Source: a virus. From it: 64,000 nucleotides of DNA. A program made the position numbers and the translations under genes. The DNA lies in the IMG/VR virus record IMGVR_UViG_3300042898_002309, positions 33,025 through 97,024 of that record; one strand, 5' to 3'. Positions 31,116 to 40,005 of this stretch are shown here, piece after piece (within the stretch, counting starts at the first letter, position 1; every line of letters begins with the position of its first letter). The notes under the pieces are model-generated. The model made no database searches. It was given only the letters and a program-made list of their open reading frames with translations, and had not been told where the DNA came from.

Positions 31116-32417
31116 TTATGAAAGTGGAATAAGTGGAGTACAAGCTGTAATTGCACTAATCACTTCAAGTTCAACACAGTTACCACATGCAGCAATCCAG
31201 TTTGTAACAAAAGATTCAAATACAGCAAGAGGAGCATCAGTAATAATCTCTAATAAATATTGATCATTATCAAATGTACCAGTTGGGTTATTGAAACGTG
31301 GAACTGAATGTTGCAAGTAATATCTTGTATAGAATGAAGTTCTGTTAATAGTATTCAAGATTTGATCACCTTGAGTAATCTCTCTTATTCTAAGATCAGT
31401 AGCAAAGAAGTTTTGTCTGTATCTTTCTGATAAGATTACATCTCTAGCAACTGATTCACCAAGACCCATTGCTTGTAAACCTGTACACTCAGTAACAACA
31501 CATAATCCTTCAAACTCACATGGATTACCTGCGTAATCTACTAAAGAAGCATATAACTTAACTGGTTCTTTTTCAAAGAAATCAGAAGTTTGGAATGTAC
31601 AGTCACTAAAAGTAGTTCCAACATAAGCACCATATAAAGTAATACCTGCATATTCACCTGGAGTGTGTCCTGGAGATACATAGTTATCCCAAGTACCACC
31701 AATTGTATAACCAACTGGAGGAACAATAAGAGATGTATCAGTTCCTGGAGCATACCATAAAGAGTTATTTTCAGCAGTAACTACTGGTAAAACAAATGGA
31801 GAGATCACAGTTAAAGCTGAAGTACCAATTGTGTTAGGTAAAATTTCACCAACAATTGCTTGAGCCCATTGGATCATAACTAAAGTACCATCAACTGGAG
31901 TTGGAGCAAGTGCTCCTACAGGACAACATCCTGTGTAAGCTTCAACAGTTAAGTATGCATTGTGATTTAAGAATCTTAATGCAGGAGAACCTTTAACATC
32001 AATACGTAAAGAATAAGTTTCATCACATAAAAATTCTTTTTCACAAGAACCACCAGTTGCATCAGTAAAAGGTGTAAAACCAATATTGATAACATTTTGT
32101 TGAGCTGGATTTGGATCTACTCTGTAAAATCTATTGATGTACTTAGGGTTGATGATTTTAGATTTATTAGATTCTAAATATCCACCGTGAGAACCAATCT
32201 TGTCTTGAGAATACAAAGATCCTGAAGCAAGAATTAATGGGCAACACCCTGTTGGAGGTGTAGTAACATCAACAAGATCCCAAGTTTTTGGATCAACAAA
32301 TGCAAATAAACCTGTAGGAAGAATGTTACCAGGTGTTCCTAATTGTCCTAGACTAAGGTCAGTAAAACCTTGTGTTCCAACAAAAGCCTTTTGAAAGGCA
32401 TGATTAAAATAAGCCAT
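31116..32417 (-). CDS. Putative auxiliary capsid / decoration protein
   Basis: Has its own putative promoter and terminator, suggesting high expression; position matches crAss-like auxiliary capsid genes. Confidence 0.55.
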   Translation of the reverse strand: MAYFNHAFQKAFVGTQGFTDLSLGQLGTPGNILPTGLFAFVDPKTWDLVDVTTPPTGCCPLILASGSLYSQDKIGSHGGYLESNKSKIINPKYINRFYRVDPNPAQQNVINIGFTPFTDATGGSCEKEFLCDETYSLRIDVKGSPALRFLNHNAYLTVEAYTGCCPVGALAPTPVDGTLVMIQWAQAIVGEILPNTIGTSALTVISPFVLPVVTAENNSLWYAPGTDTSLIVPPVGYTIGGTWDNYVSPGHTPGEYAGITLYGAYVGTTFSDCTFQTSDFFEKEPVKLYASLVDYAGNPCEFEGLCVVTECTGLQAMGLGESVARDVILSERYRQNFFATDLRIREITQGDQILNTINRTSFYTRYYLQHSVPRFNNPTGTFDNDQYLLEIITDAPLAVFESFVTNWIAACGNCVELEVISAITACTPLIPLS

Positions 32418-32480
32418 AACTTTTTAATTTTAATTAATAAATATATATATAATATAATAAAATAATTTCTATTTACAAAA

Positions 32481-32933
32481 TTATTTCAAGAATAATAATT
32501 TATACTTGCCTGAGTTAAGAGTATCTTTAACTGTATCAAGTGAATTAACAATTTCAGAGTAAGGCATTTTAGCTTGTAATCCTGTTACCATAGATGTAAT
32601 ATCTCTGATATATGCTAAAGCATCTGCAACTGTAGCTAATTTTCTTGGTGCTGCTTCTGAACATTCTAAAATCTTTTCTGCTGCTCCTTGATATCCTTCT
32701 GCAAGTGAATCAGCATGATCTGGTAAAGCATCATATAATTCATTTAAAGCTTTGTGTGCAGCATACGCTCCTGAACCTTGAACTTTTAAATGTAGTTTAT
32801 GAAATGATGTTGCTGCATTCATTAATTCTGTAACACATGCAGCCGTAGCTGAATCAATTGATCCTGATGCTGGAGCTGAATAACTTGCATATAAAGTTGA
32901 GGACTCTCTCTTTAGTAATTTGGGTTTTTCCAT
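32481..32933 (-). CDS. Ferritin/Dps-like four-helix-bundle protein (DUF5856-like)
   Basis: HKLHLKVQG..AYAAHKALNELYD.L...ADSLAE..QG is a Dps-like pattern. Confidence 0.75.
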   Translation of the reverse strand: MEKPKLLKRESSTLYASYSAPASGSIDSATAACVTELMNAATSFHKLHLKVQGSGAYAAHKALNELYDALPDHADSLAEGYQGAAEKILECSEAAPRKLATVADALAYIRDITSMVTGLQAKMPYSEIVNSLDTVKDTLNSGKYKLLFLK

Positions 32934-32944
32934 TATTATAAATA

Positions 32945-33643
32945 TTAATTGTTTCTTTCTGCTGTTTCTGTTCCTCTAGAGAATTGATTACCTGATTCAA
33001 TATCACCAGCAAGTATACTAACTGCTTCATCAATTAGTAATTCAACTATATCATCTTTAAATTCACATTCTGTATTTGTAGTACTTTCTACACTAGTATA
33101 AGGATCTACACATCCATTTATCTCAATTTTTATTGGTTGTCTATAATATGTAAGACTACCAGAACTAATATCAAAATCATTATTTGTATACACATTGACT
33201 CTATTATTTTTTAAAGTTGCAAATGTTTCAGCCCACTCAAAACTAGGTCTCTTAGCATTATCAAATAATAATTGATTTAAGTTACCTTCTTCTGCAAGAT
33301 ACACTGACATTCTTCTGTCATCACAACATCCTTTTTTAGCTTGAATATCTACACGTTTCCATTGTAAATAATCAGGAGGTAAATCAGAATAAGAAGATAT
33401 ATCAGATTTAACAAATGGTACATTAATAGTATCTAGTAGTATTTGTAAATCATCTATTCTTCTAGTAGACTGCTCATCACCTTCTTTCACAATATTGATA
33501 CCATGAAGTTGTCTTCTGATCCATTCAACCTGGGCCTTATTAAAAGACTCAACTACTTGCCAACATTCAATGTTGTCATAGTCCTGGCTGTCCAATTTGT
33601 TAAGACGTTGTTTTACTTTTATAACTATAGTACTATTAAGCAT
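32945..33643 (-). CDS. Head-tail adaptor / ring protein (crAss-type)
   Basis: FNKAQ, LPPDYL, LTYYRQP and IVELLIDEAV motifs; downstream of the major capsid gene. Confidence 0.6.
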   Translation of the reverse strand: MLNSTIVIKVKQRLNKLDSQDYDNIECWQVVESFNKAQVEWIRRQLHGINIVKEGDEQSTRRIDDLQILLDTINVPFVKSDISSYSDLPPDYLQWKRVDIQAKKGCCDDRRMSVYLAEEGNLNQLLFDNAKRPSFEWAETFATLKNNRVNVYTNNDFDISSGSLTYYRQPIKIEINGCVDPYTSVESTTNTECEFKDDIVELLIDEAVSILAGDIESGNQFSRGTETAERNN

Positions 33644-33646
33644 CTG

Positions 33647-33751
33647 TTATTTCTTTTTAGGTAAAGATTTTACAACCATAGCATTTCTAGCTTCATTAGC
33701 TTTTCTAAATGTAGTTAAGGGATGTTCTTTAGTTATTGTTTTCTTAGCCAT
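33647..33751 (-). CDS. Small basic protein, 34 aa, below the ORF-track cutoff
   Basis: MAKKTITKEHPLTTFRKANEARNAMVVKSLPKKK; tiles between its neighbours. Confidence 0.6.
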   Translation of the reverse strand: MAKKTITKEHPLTTFRKANEARNAMVVKSLPKKK

Positions 33752-33755
33752 AATA

Positions 33756-33983
33756 TTATTTTTTAGTATATGTACTTAATACATTCATTTGTTCTTGAGC
33801 AAGTTTTTTAACATCTGCCATCATCTTTGTATTCTTTCTAATCTCATCTGCTCTCTTTAATGTACTTAGAGCAGATTCAACTTCCCATTTTCTCATTTCT
33901 GCTTTTGGTGCAGCAGATATAGAAATACCTACTGAAGCTTTCTTCACAGGTGTTTTTGTAGTTGTTGGTTTTTTAATTGCCAT
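33756..33983 (-). CDS. Small basic protein
   Basis: Lys-rich; KWEVESALSTLKRADEI helix. Confidence 0.6.
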   Translation of the reverse strand: MAIKKPTTTKTPVKKASVGISISAAPKAEMRKWEVESALSTLKRADEIRKNTKMMADVKKLAQEQMNVLSTYTKK

Positions 33984-33993
33984 AATATTTAAT

Positions 33994-34554
33994 TTAACAG
34001 TTCCATTTTCTCAAAGCAAGAGTTTTTCTTGTTGGTTCTCCATTTGGTTTTTTAGCAGGACCTGGCATCCCTGACATTCTAGCACAAAAACTTTTTCTTC
34101 TTTTAGCATCTTTGCTATCAGGATCAAGTTTAGAAGGTTTAGTAGTAACAGCCATCTTAAGTTTGCTTCCAGGATTAGCAGCTCTATAACTTGCTACTCC
34201 TTTAGCATTTAAACCACCTGTTTTATTTTTACCTTCAGATCTTGTCCATGCAGCTGTAGTTCCTCCAGTTTTCATTTTATGTGCACTATCTTTCATAATA
34301 GTACCATCAGGCATTTTATGATAACCTTTTTTTATTTTATCATTATTTTTATGCCAATCTTTTTCAGCTTTAACACCTTGAGCAACAGTTTTAGCATTAG
34401 ATGTTCTAGTTAAGCTAATAGTATCATATGAACCTTTATTTTTATTTGTATGTTTCACCATGATATCACCAATTTTACCTTCACCTCTTTTAGTAGTCTT
34501 TTTATAAACTACATGTTTTTCAGTACCTGTAGTAAGTTTAACTTTAGCTGCCAT
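33994..34554 (-). CDS. Basic protein with C-terminal DUF6321-like domain
   Basis: AWTRSEGKNKTGGLNAKG...RRKSFCARMSG...LRKWNC module follows a KMKTGG linker. Confidence 0.6.
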   Translation of the reverse strand: MAAKVKLTTGTEKHVVYKKTTKRGEGKIGDIMVKHTNKNKGSYDTISLTRTSNAKTVAQGVKAEKDWHKNNDKIKKGYHKMPDGTIMKDSAHKMKTGGTTAAWTRSEGKNKTGGLNAKGVASYRAANPGSKLKMAVTTKPSKLDPDSKDAKRRKSFCARMSGMPGPAKKPNGEPTRKTLALRKWNC

Positions 34555-34556
34555 AA

Positions 34557-34709
34557 CTATTTCTTTTTAGTTGTTGCTTTAATCTTTTTTTCTTGTTTAA
34601 GCATTTGTGCAGTAGGTTTTTTACCAGAACCTTTTGCAGCCCTAATATTATCCCAAAGACCTTTTTGAGATACACTACCATCTTTACGCTTTAACATTTC
34701 CTTTGCCAT
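34557..34709 (-). CDS. Small basic protein, 50 aa, below the ORF-track cutoff
   Basis: MAKEMLKRKDGSVSQKGLWDNIRAAKGSGKKPTAQMLKQEKKIKATTKKK; tiles exactly between its neighbours. Confidence 0.7.
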   Translation of the reverse strand: MAKEMLKRKDGSVSQKGLWDNIRAAKGSGKKPTAQMLKQEKKIKATTKKK

Positions 34710-34710
34710 C

Positions 34711-35088
34711 TTATTTTACTTTTTTAAGTCTAGGATTTTTTGCTTTAGCTTTAGCACTAGCTTTTCTAGCTGATGAAGCTAATATAGCTCCAGCAACTTC
34801 TTTACTAATTCCTTGTTTAGCAGCAATACTAGATTGTACAGCTTTAAAACCTGGATGAGCAGTACCTCCTTTGGCCATTTTTTTATTTTTCATTTTTGCA
34901 CCAGAAATTCTATCAGCAGCAGTTGGTTTAGGATTATTATCTATACCAGCTATAATAGATAAAATACCAAATGGACTAGTTCCACCAGATTTCATCATAG
35001 GTTTTCTTTCAGGAGCACATGCACCAGAAGCTGTTCTTACTTTAGTATTTTTGCAAGATGTTTTAACTGCTCTATTAGTAGTTGCCAT
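34711..35088 (-). CDS. Small basic protein with MKSGG/MAKGG motifs
   Basis: Lys/Ala-rich ORF within the operon. Confidence 0.65.
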   Translation of the reverse strand: MATTNRAVKTSCKNTKVRTASGACAPERKPMMKSGGTSPFGILSIIAGIDNNPKPTAADRISGAKMKNKKMAKGGTAHPGFKAVQSSIAAKQGISKEVAGAILASSARKASAKAKAKNPRLKKVK

Positions 35089-35090
35089 GA

Positions 35091-35642
35091 CTATTTCTTT
35101 TTAGATTTAACTACTCCACCTTTTTTCTTTGTTGGTACAGATTTTATTTTACTAGTTGAACTATTTACAGTATCTTTAAAATGTTGATCTGATGCTGATT
35201 TAAGATCTTTAGATGTTTTTTCCCGTGCTATTTTATATTGTGTATCCATTAATTTCTTTTCATCATAATACTTCATTACTGATGAATCTCTTGGTTGACC
35301 AGTTGATGTCCCAAGTTGAGCTTTAGGTAAAGATTTTGCTGCACCACCAACTTTTTTATAACCCATTTTATTTCTTACTACAGTTGGAAGTTTAGATAAA
35401 CCAACTTTAGTAACTGGCACTGTTTTTAAACTTCCACCTTTTTTCATAGTAGCAATACCAGAATCATTTGGACCTGTTGGACCAGTTTGTGCAATACCGT
35501 AAATACCCATCTTTTGATTAGTATCACCTTTAGTTTCTTTTACAACTCCAGCTCCTGGTTTACTGATACTAACACTTTTAGTTGTTCCGCCTTTTGCCAT
35601 TTTTTTAGTGCCTCCACATTTAGCACATCCCATCTTTGCCAT
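35091..35642 (-). CDS. Basic protein with four xxGG motifs
   Basis: MAKGG, MKKGG, KKVGG..LPKAQLG, KKKGG. Confidence 0.65.
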   Translation of the reverse strand: MAKMGCAKCGGTKKMAKGGTTKSVSISKPGAGVVKETKGDTNQKMGIYGIAQTGPTGPNDSGIATMKKGGSLKTVPVTKVGLSKLPTVVRNKMGYKKVGGAAKSLPKAQLGTSTGQPRDSSVMKYYDEKKLMDTQYKIAREKTSKDLKSASDQHFKDTVNSSTSKIKSVPTKKKGGVVKSKKK

Positions 35643-35662
35643 AATAATTTATTTTAATATTA

Positions 35663-35863
35663 TTAACACTTTTTACCTTTAGTACCTCCCATTTTCATTT
35701 TAGGAGATGGCTGTGGTTTATTTACTTTACCTGGAGTTTTTCCACCTGGAGTTTTTAATGCATACACTGGAGAATTGGTTCCACCTACTCTACCTGTTGC
35801 TCTTTGTTGTACATTTACTTTTGCGTTAGCCATGATATATAGTTTAAAAAAGCATACCAGCAT
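35663..35863 (-). CDS. Small basic protein (true start probably MANAKV at 35833)
   Basis: Lys/Gly/Pro-rich, ends KMKMGGTKGKKC; the annotated 5' extension overlaps a hairpin. Confidence 0.6.
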   Translation of the reverse strand: MLVCFFKLYIMANAKVNVQQRATGRVGGTNSPVYALKTPGGKTPGKVNKPQPSPKMKMGGTKGKKC

Positions 35864-35885
35864 TACTGGTATACTCTAGAGTTAT

Positions 35886-36896
35886 TTACATATTCCACAG
35901 TTTTTCAACTTGTGCATTTAAATCCTTTAGTACATCCTCATTTAAAGGATTTTTTAAGAACTCAGTTACATCTGAAACATTTCTACCAAGTAAGCTATTT
36001 GACTTAGTATGATATATATGTCCATCTGACTTATTAATAATATACTTAAAAAATATGGAATCTTTAACAATTGCTTTAATTTTTAATGTTTCCATATCTA
36101 AAGCAGCAGCTTCTAAGAACCCTTTTGCAGCTCTTTCTTTGTTTCCTTCTGTACCTTCACCATTAATATGTCTATCCATGTTGTCATAGATTACATCATT
36201 AGGTGTATGTTTTTTATACTGTATACTTGCAGTATCAACAGATTTAGCAATGTAGAATAATTTAGTACTATTTTTATCAAATAGTTTTTGTAATTCAGCA
36301 AGTGCTTTATTTTTAAGTTTTTTGTATTCAGTTTTAATTCCACTTGTTTCTGTAACTTTATCTAAATAAAATTTTGGTGGAACTGCTTTTGATCTAGCAT
36401 CATCATAACTTCTTGATATAAGAGAGAATCCTCCAGCTTCAACAGCATATAGTTTAATTCTATCATATGGATTAGCAGGATCTAGGTATACTGGATCATT
36501 ACCACATGACATATTTATTTTATTCCAGAAATCTTTATTACTTGGATTAAGTAACTTGATATCATTCCAGAATGTTGGGCTATCAATATCTACTACATTA
36601 GCTGCTAATTCTTTTTCTAATTCAGCTACTGCAATTCTGATCTCTCTAACTTTTGCAATTCTTTCATCTGCTGGTAATAATTTAATCTCAGGAGCAAATT
36701 CATTTAATCCTGTTACATATCTTACTACTCCATTTTGTTCTAAGCAAGCTAGTTGCTCATAATGTTTAACACCATCAAATAATGATTGGCCATAATGTTC
36801 TAATCCCATGTTTGACATTGAGTTGTCAAAATAAGGTTTAACAGAGATCTTATTACTCTTGTTAACGTTTAATACTTCTACGTGTGTAAAATCCAT
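35886..36896 (-). CDS. Conserved head-module protein downstream of the major capsid gene (crAss gene75-like)
   Basis: YLDPANPYD motif and synteny. Confidence 0.55.
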   Translation of the reverse strand: MDFTHVEVLNVNKSNKISVKPYFDNSMSNMGLEHYGQSLFDGVKHYEQLACLEQNGVVRYVTGLNEFAPEIKLLPADERIAKVREIRIAVAELEKELAANVVDIDSPTFWNDIKLLNPSNKDFWNKINMSCGNDPVYLDPANPYDRIKLYAVEAGGFSLISRSYDDARSKAVPPKFYLDKVTETSGIKTEYKKLKNKALAELQKLFDKNSTKLFYIAKSVDTASIQYKKHTPNDVIYDNMDRHINGEGTEGNKERAAKGFLEAAALDMETLKIKAIVKDSIFFKYIINKSDGHIYHTKSNSLLGRNVSDVTEFLKNPLNEDVLKDLNAQVEKLWNM

Positions 36897-36934
36897 TTTG
36901 TGTTGGTTTTAAAATGTTTATAATTGTAAATATA

Positions 36935-36970
36935 ATAAAAAAGGAGGAGTTAAATCCCCTCCCTTTTTAT
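36935..36970 (-). terminator. Intrinsic terminator after the major capsid gene (possibly bidirectional)
   Basis: Plus-strand aaaaaaggagg...cctcccttttt inverted repeat. Confidence 0.85.
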
Positions 36971-36986
36971 TTTCTAGTTTGACATA

Positions 36987-38603
36987 TTAGAATGATCCAC
37001 CTGTGATTGGATTTCTCATAACAATTTTCAATACTTTAGTTGGATCTTTAACCCAAATAGCTGGCATTGTTTGAGACATCATTACACGGTATCCGTTGAA
37101 TTGTCCAGAAGACTGGAATCCTTGTGATCTACCCATATAATCCATTGTACCATTTTGATACCACCATTTCAATTGATTATCCCAAGATAATTTCAACATG
37201 TAAATGTTGTCATTAGTGTTATCTGTGATATCAAAAATAATGAATGAATAAGAAGATAATGGGAAACCATCAATAATAGGATTCTCAATATCATTAGTGT
37301 GAACATTATCAAATGCAGGATTAAGTACAAATTTCACATTAGCCAAGAATGGTATAACGTAAGAAGTGTAAGCAAATCCAAAGTTTAAGTCCATACCTTT
37401 ACCAGTGATAGCACCAATATCAGCAGCTTGAATCAATAAACCTGAAGAAATAGCTTCTTGTTTAATTGCTTCATTAACCATACGCATACCACCCATACCT
37501 GTTTGAACAACAAGTTGACGTTTAGGATCTGGTCCTTGGAATTCAACTTTACCATTAAAGAAGTTATATAACTCACCTCTGAATAAATCCAAGTTAAAGT
37601 TATTTTTGTTATAAATTCTTTTAAAAGAGTTGTCTAATTGTTTCCACAAACCTACAGATAATCTTACATCATCAGGTCCATCTTGACGTACTCTACCCCC
37701 GTGTCCCCACATAAGGTAAGTCTCAATATCAGAAGCAATTTTAGTTAAGTGAGCAGCTTCCATGTTTGTCAAGAAAGTTCTTGATAAATCACCATTGTCA
37801 AATGCTTTTTTAACTGAGTCTTTACCCATTACTTTAACCATGTCATCCAAAGATGAAATAGATGGATCTAAACCTTTTAAGTGAGATCTCCAGATTTCAG
37901 TTACAGGAACTGTACCATCTGCATTCATTCCACCTTTGATCATTAAATCTGCTCTAGAAGAGATAGAGTAATGAACGTGAGCTTCAGCACCACCAACAAA
38001 GTTATAGTACTCACGGAATCCTGTGTTAGTTTGGATGTCTGAGAATCTCTCACCATACTCACCTCTAGCAGAACCTTTACGGAATACTTTAGTACCATTA
38101 GCTAAATAAGCATTATCAAGATACTTGTAGTTATCATTGTTAACTAACTGTACAGTGTAGATAAAACCATCACCAATTGGTAAAATGTCATCAGCAGTAA
38201 TGTACATCTCACAACCATTGTATTTGTCATAAGTGATGATATCACCATGTCCAAATTCACGCTTGTTTAACTTGATTTTGAAAGTAGTACCTTCAATACC
38301 TTTTGCTGCATTTGCTGGCTCAATATCTTCAACTATGTAAGGAAGATCAATTGATAGTGGAGTTTGCCATTTATACTCACCACGTGCGTTATCTACATTG
38401 ATAACATTTTTTCCACCAAAAGAAGACAACTGGTATAAAGGCATTTCAACTTTTTGAGCCATAGCCCATAAGTCTACTGGACCTAAATCCATTGGTTCTG
38501 CATCTTTTAGCATGTTCTGTAAATGGTAAGAATCTACATGTGAACTAGCATTGTATGCCGTATCACGCAAGAAAATCCCATTATTTAATACTGGAGTTGC
38601 CAT
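36987..38603 (-). CDS. Major capsid protein (crAss-like)
   Basis: 538 aa; position after the portal and scaffold-like genes; SVGLWKQL and VQTGMGG motifs; strong terminator downstream. Confidence 0.85.
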   Translation of the reverse strand: MATPVLNNGIFLRDTAYNASSHVDSYHLQNMLKDAEPMDLGPVDLWAMAQKVEMPLYQLSSFGGKNVINVDNARGEYKWQTPLSIDLPYIVEDIEPANAAKGIEGTTFKIKLNKREFGHGDIITYDKYNGCEMYITADDILPIGDGFIYTVQLVNNDNYKYLDNAYLANGTKVFRKGSARGEYGERFSDIQTNTGFREYYNFVGGAEAHVHYSISSRADLMIKGGMNADGTVPVTEIWRSHLKGLDPSISSLDDMVKVMGKDSVKKAFDNGDLSRTFLTNMEAAHLTKIASDIETYLMWGHGGRVRQDGPDDVRLSVGLWKQLDNSFKRIYNKNNFNLDLFRGELYNFFNGKVEFQGPDPKRQLVVQTGMGGMRMVNEAIKQEAISSGLLIQAADIGAITGKGMDLNFGFAYTSYVIPFLANVKFVLNPAFDNVHTNDIENPIIDGFPLSSYSFIIFDITDNTNDNIYMLKLSWDNQLKWWYQNGTMDYMGRSQGFQSSGQFNGYRVMMSQTMPAIWVKDPTKVLKIVMRNPITGGSF

Positions 38604-38638
38604 TTGTATTTATTTATTTGTTTATTTATAATACTTTT

Positions 38639-39892
38639 TTAAAATCTTTTAAACATATTGTTGCCACCTGTTCTTGAGACTGTACTGTTTGATCCTGTTT
38701 TTCTAGTCTGTGCTCTTTCCTCATGTGGAATAGATGAAGCAATTTTTTTACCTTCTTCAGTCTTTAACATTCTTACAGTTTTTTCAGTAGCAATTTTAGT
38801 ACCTTGATCTTTAATCTTATTTTTATACCCTTCTGGATCTGCTAATAGCCAAAGAGCTTCAGCAATAAGATCATGTCTTGGTTCTACAAACTGATACTTC
38901 TCTAATAAGTGCCCAAGTAAGTTAGTAGGTTTACCTGATATAGAAGGATAAGCTGGTTGAACTAATCCACTGTATAACATGTTTTGTACTTTCTTATCTA
39001 GTTTAACACCATCTAATTCACCTACTGATAATACATTATATACATTATCTGTATATTGTTTAGCAGCTTGTACTTGTTGTTCCTTTTTATTTTCCTGTTC
39101 TGCAAGTTTTCTAGATACTATCTCTTCTTGCATTCTGTCTAACTTAGGTTTAAACTGTCTAGCTTTTTGTCCTAACTTATCTACATCTGCCCAGTCTTCA
39201 ATTTCTGACTCTATTTCTTCTGGTGTACCAAAATTAGTAGCCCAAAGATATTGTCTTGCAATTTCTGCTTGATGATTCTCATCATCTGGATTAAGTTCAA
39301 ATACTTCTTCTACTTGAGCAAGAGTTCTGAATAAACCCTTAAGATCTTGTCCACCATCTGCTACATACTTAGCTGCAGTTTTCAATTCATCAGGTAATGC
39401 ATTAAAGAAATCTTTAGGAGCTGCCTCTTTAATCTTTCTTTCTTTCTCTTGAAAGTTGGCTTCAAATAACTCTCTAAAGTCTTTAGTAGTATATTCTTCT
39501 AAATCTTTATCATCATCAAATCCAAATAGAGTACCCTCTTCTATCATCTTAGCTGCTAACTCATGAAGACCTGACTTATCTATCTTTGGTCTTCCTTTGT
39601 TACCTGCATCTTCTTCCTGAGCAATAAGTCCATCTAACTCATCAATAGTTTCTTGGACTTCTTCCTTAGTAATAGTCTGTTCTGCCGTATCTGGTTTACT
39701 TGTTACACCAGTTTTGCTGTCAAGGAACTCATAATCAGTTTTTTTATCCTTAGTAAAAAGAGATTTCTTTTCCTCTTCTTCTTCTGGTAGCATCACGTTT
39801 TCTGCCCCAGGCATTCCAAATAATTCATCCAAGTTTACATCTACTTGTGATACAGTAGTGTTTTCTTGAGTTGTTTGTTCTTCAGTATTCAT
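38639..39892 (-). CDS. Putative scaffolding protein (crAss gene77-like)
   Basis: Very acidic N-terminal half and helical character; lies between the portal and major capsid genes. Confidence 0.65.
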   Translation of the reverse strand: MNTEEQTTQENTTVSQVDVNLDELFGMPGAENVMLPEEEEEKKSLFTKDKKTDYEFLDSKTGVTSKPDTAEQTITKEEVQETIDELDGLIAQEEDAGNKGRPKIDKSGLHELAAKMIEEGTLFGFDDDKDLEEYTTKDFRELFEANFQEKERKIKEAAPKDFFNALPDELKTAAKYVADGGQDLKGLFRTLAQVEEVFELNPDDENHQAEIARQYLWATNFGTPEEIESEIEDWADVDKLGQKARQFKPKLDRMQEEIVSRKLAEQENKKEQQVQAAKQYTDNVYNVLSVGELDGVKLDKKVQNMLYSGLVQPAYPSISGKPTNLLGHLLEKYQFVEPRHDLIAEALWLLADPEGYKNKIKDQGTKIATEKTVRMLKTEEGKKIASSIPHEERAQTRKTGSNSTVSRTGGNNMFKRF

Positions 39893-39940
39893 ATGTTGGT
39901 CTTTATGTTACTATAAATAATATAACTATTTTAATGCAAA

Positions 39941-39957
39941 TAAACTTCTAAAATTTA
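39941..39957. promoter_or_regulatory. Operator-like site TAAAC-N7-ATTTA
   Basis: taaacttctaaaattta, upstream of the scaffold/major capsid operon. Confidence 0.5.
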
Positions 39958-40005
39958 GATTTGTTTAATTTTATTTTTTCATTTTTGGCATTATATGGCT
40001 AAGTG

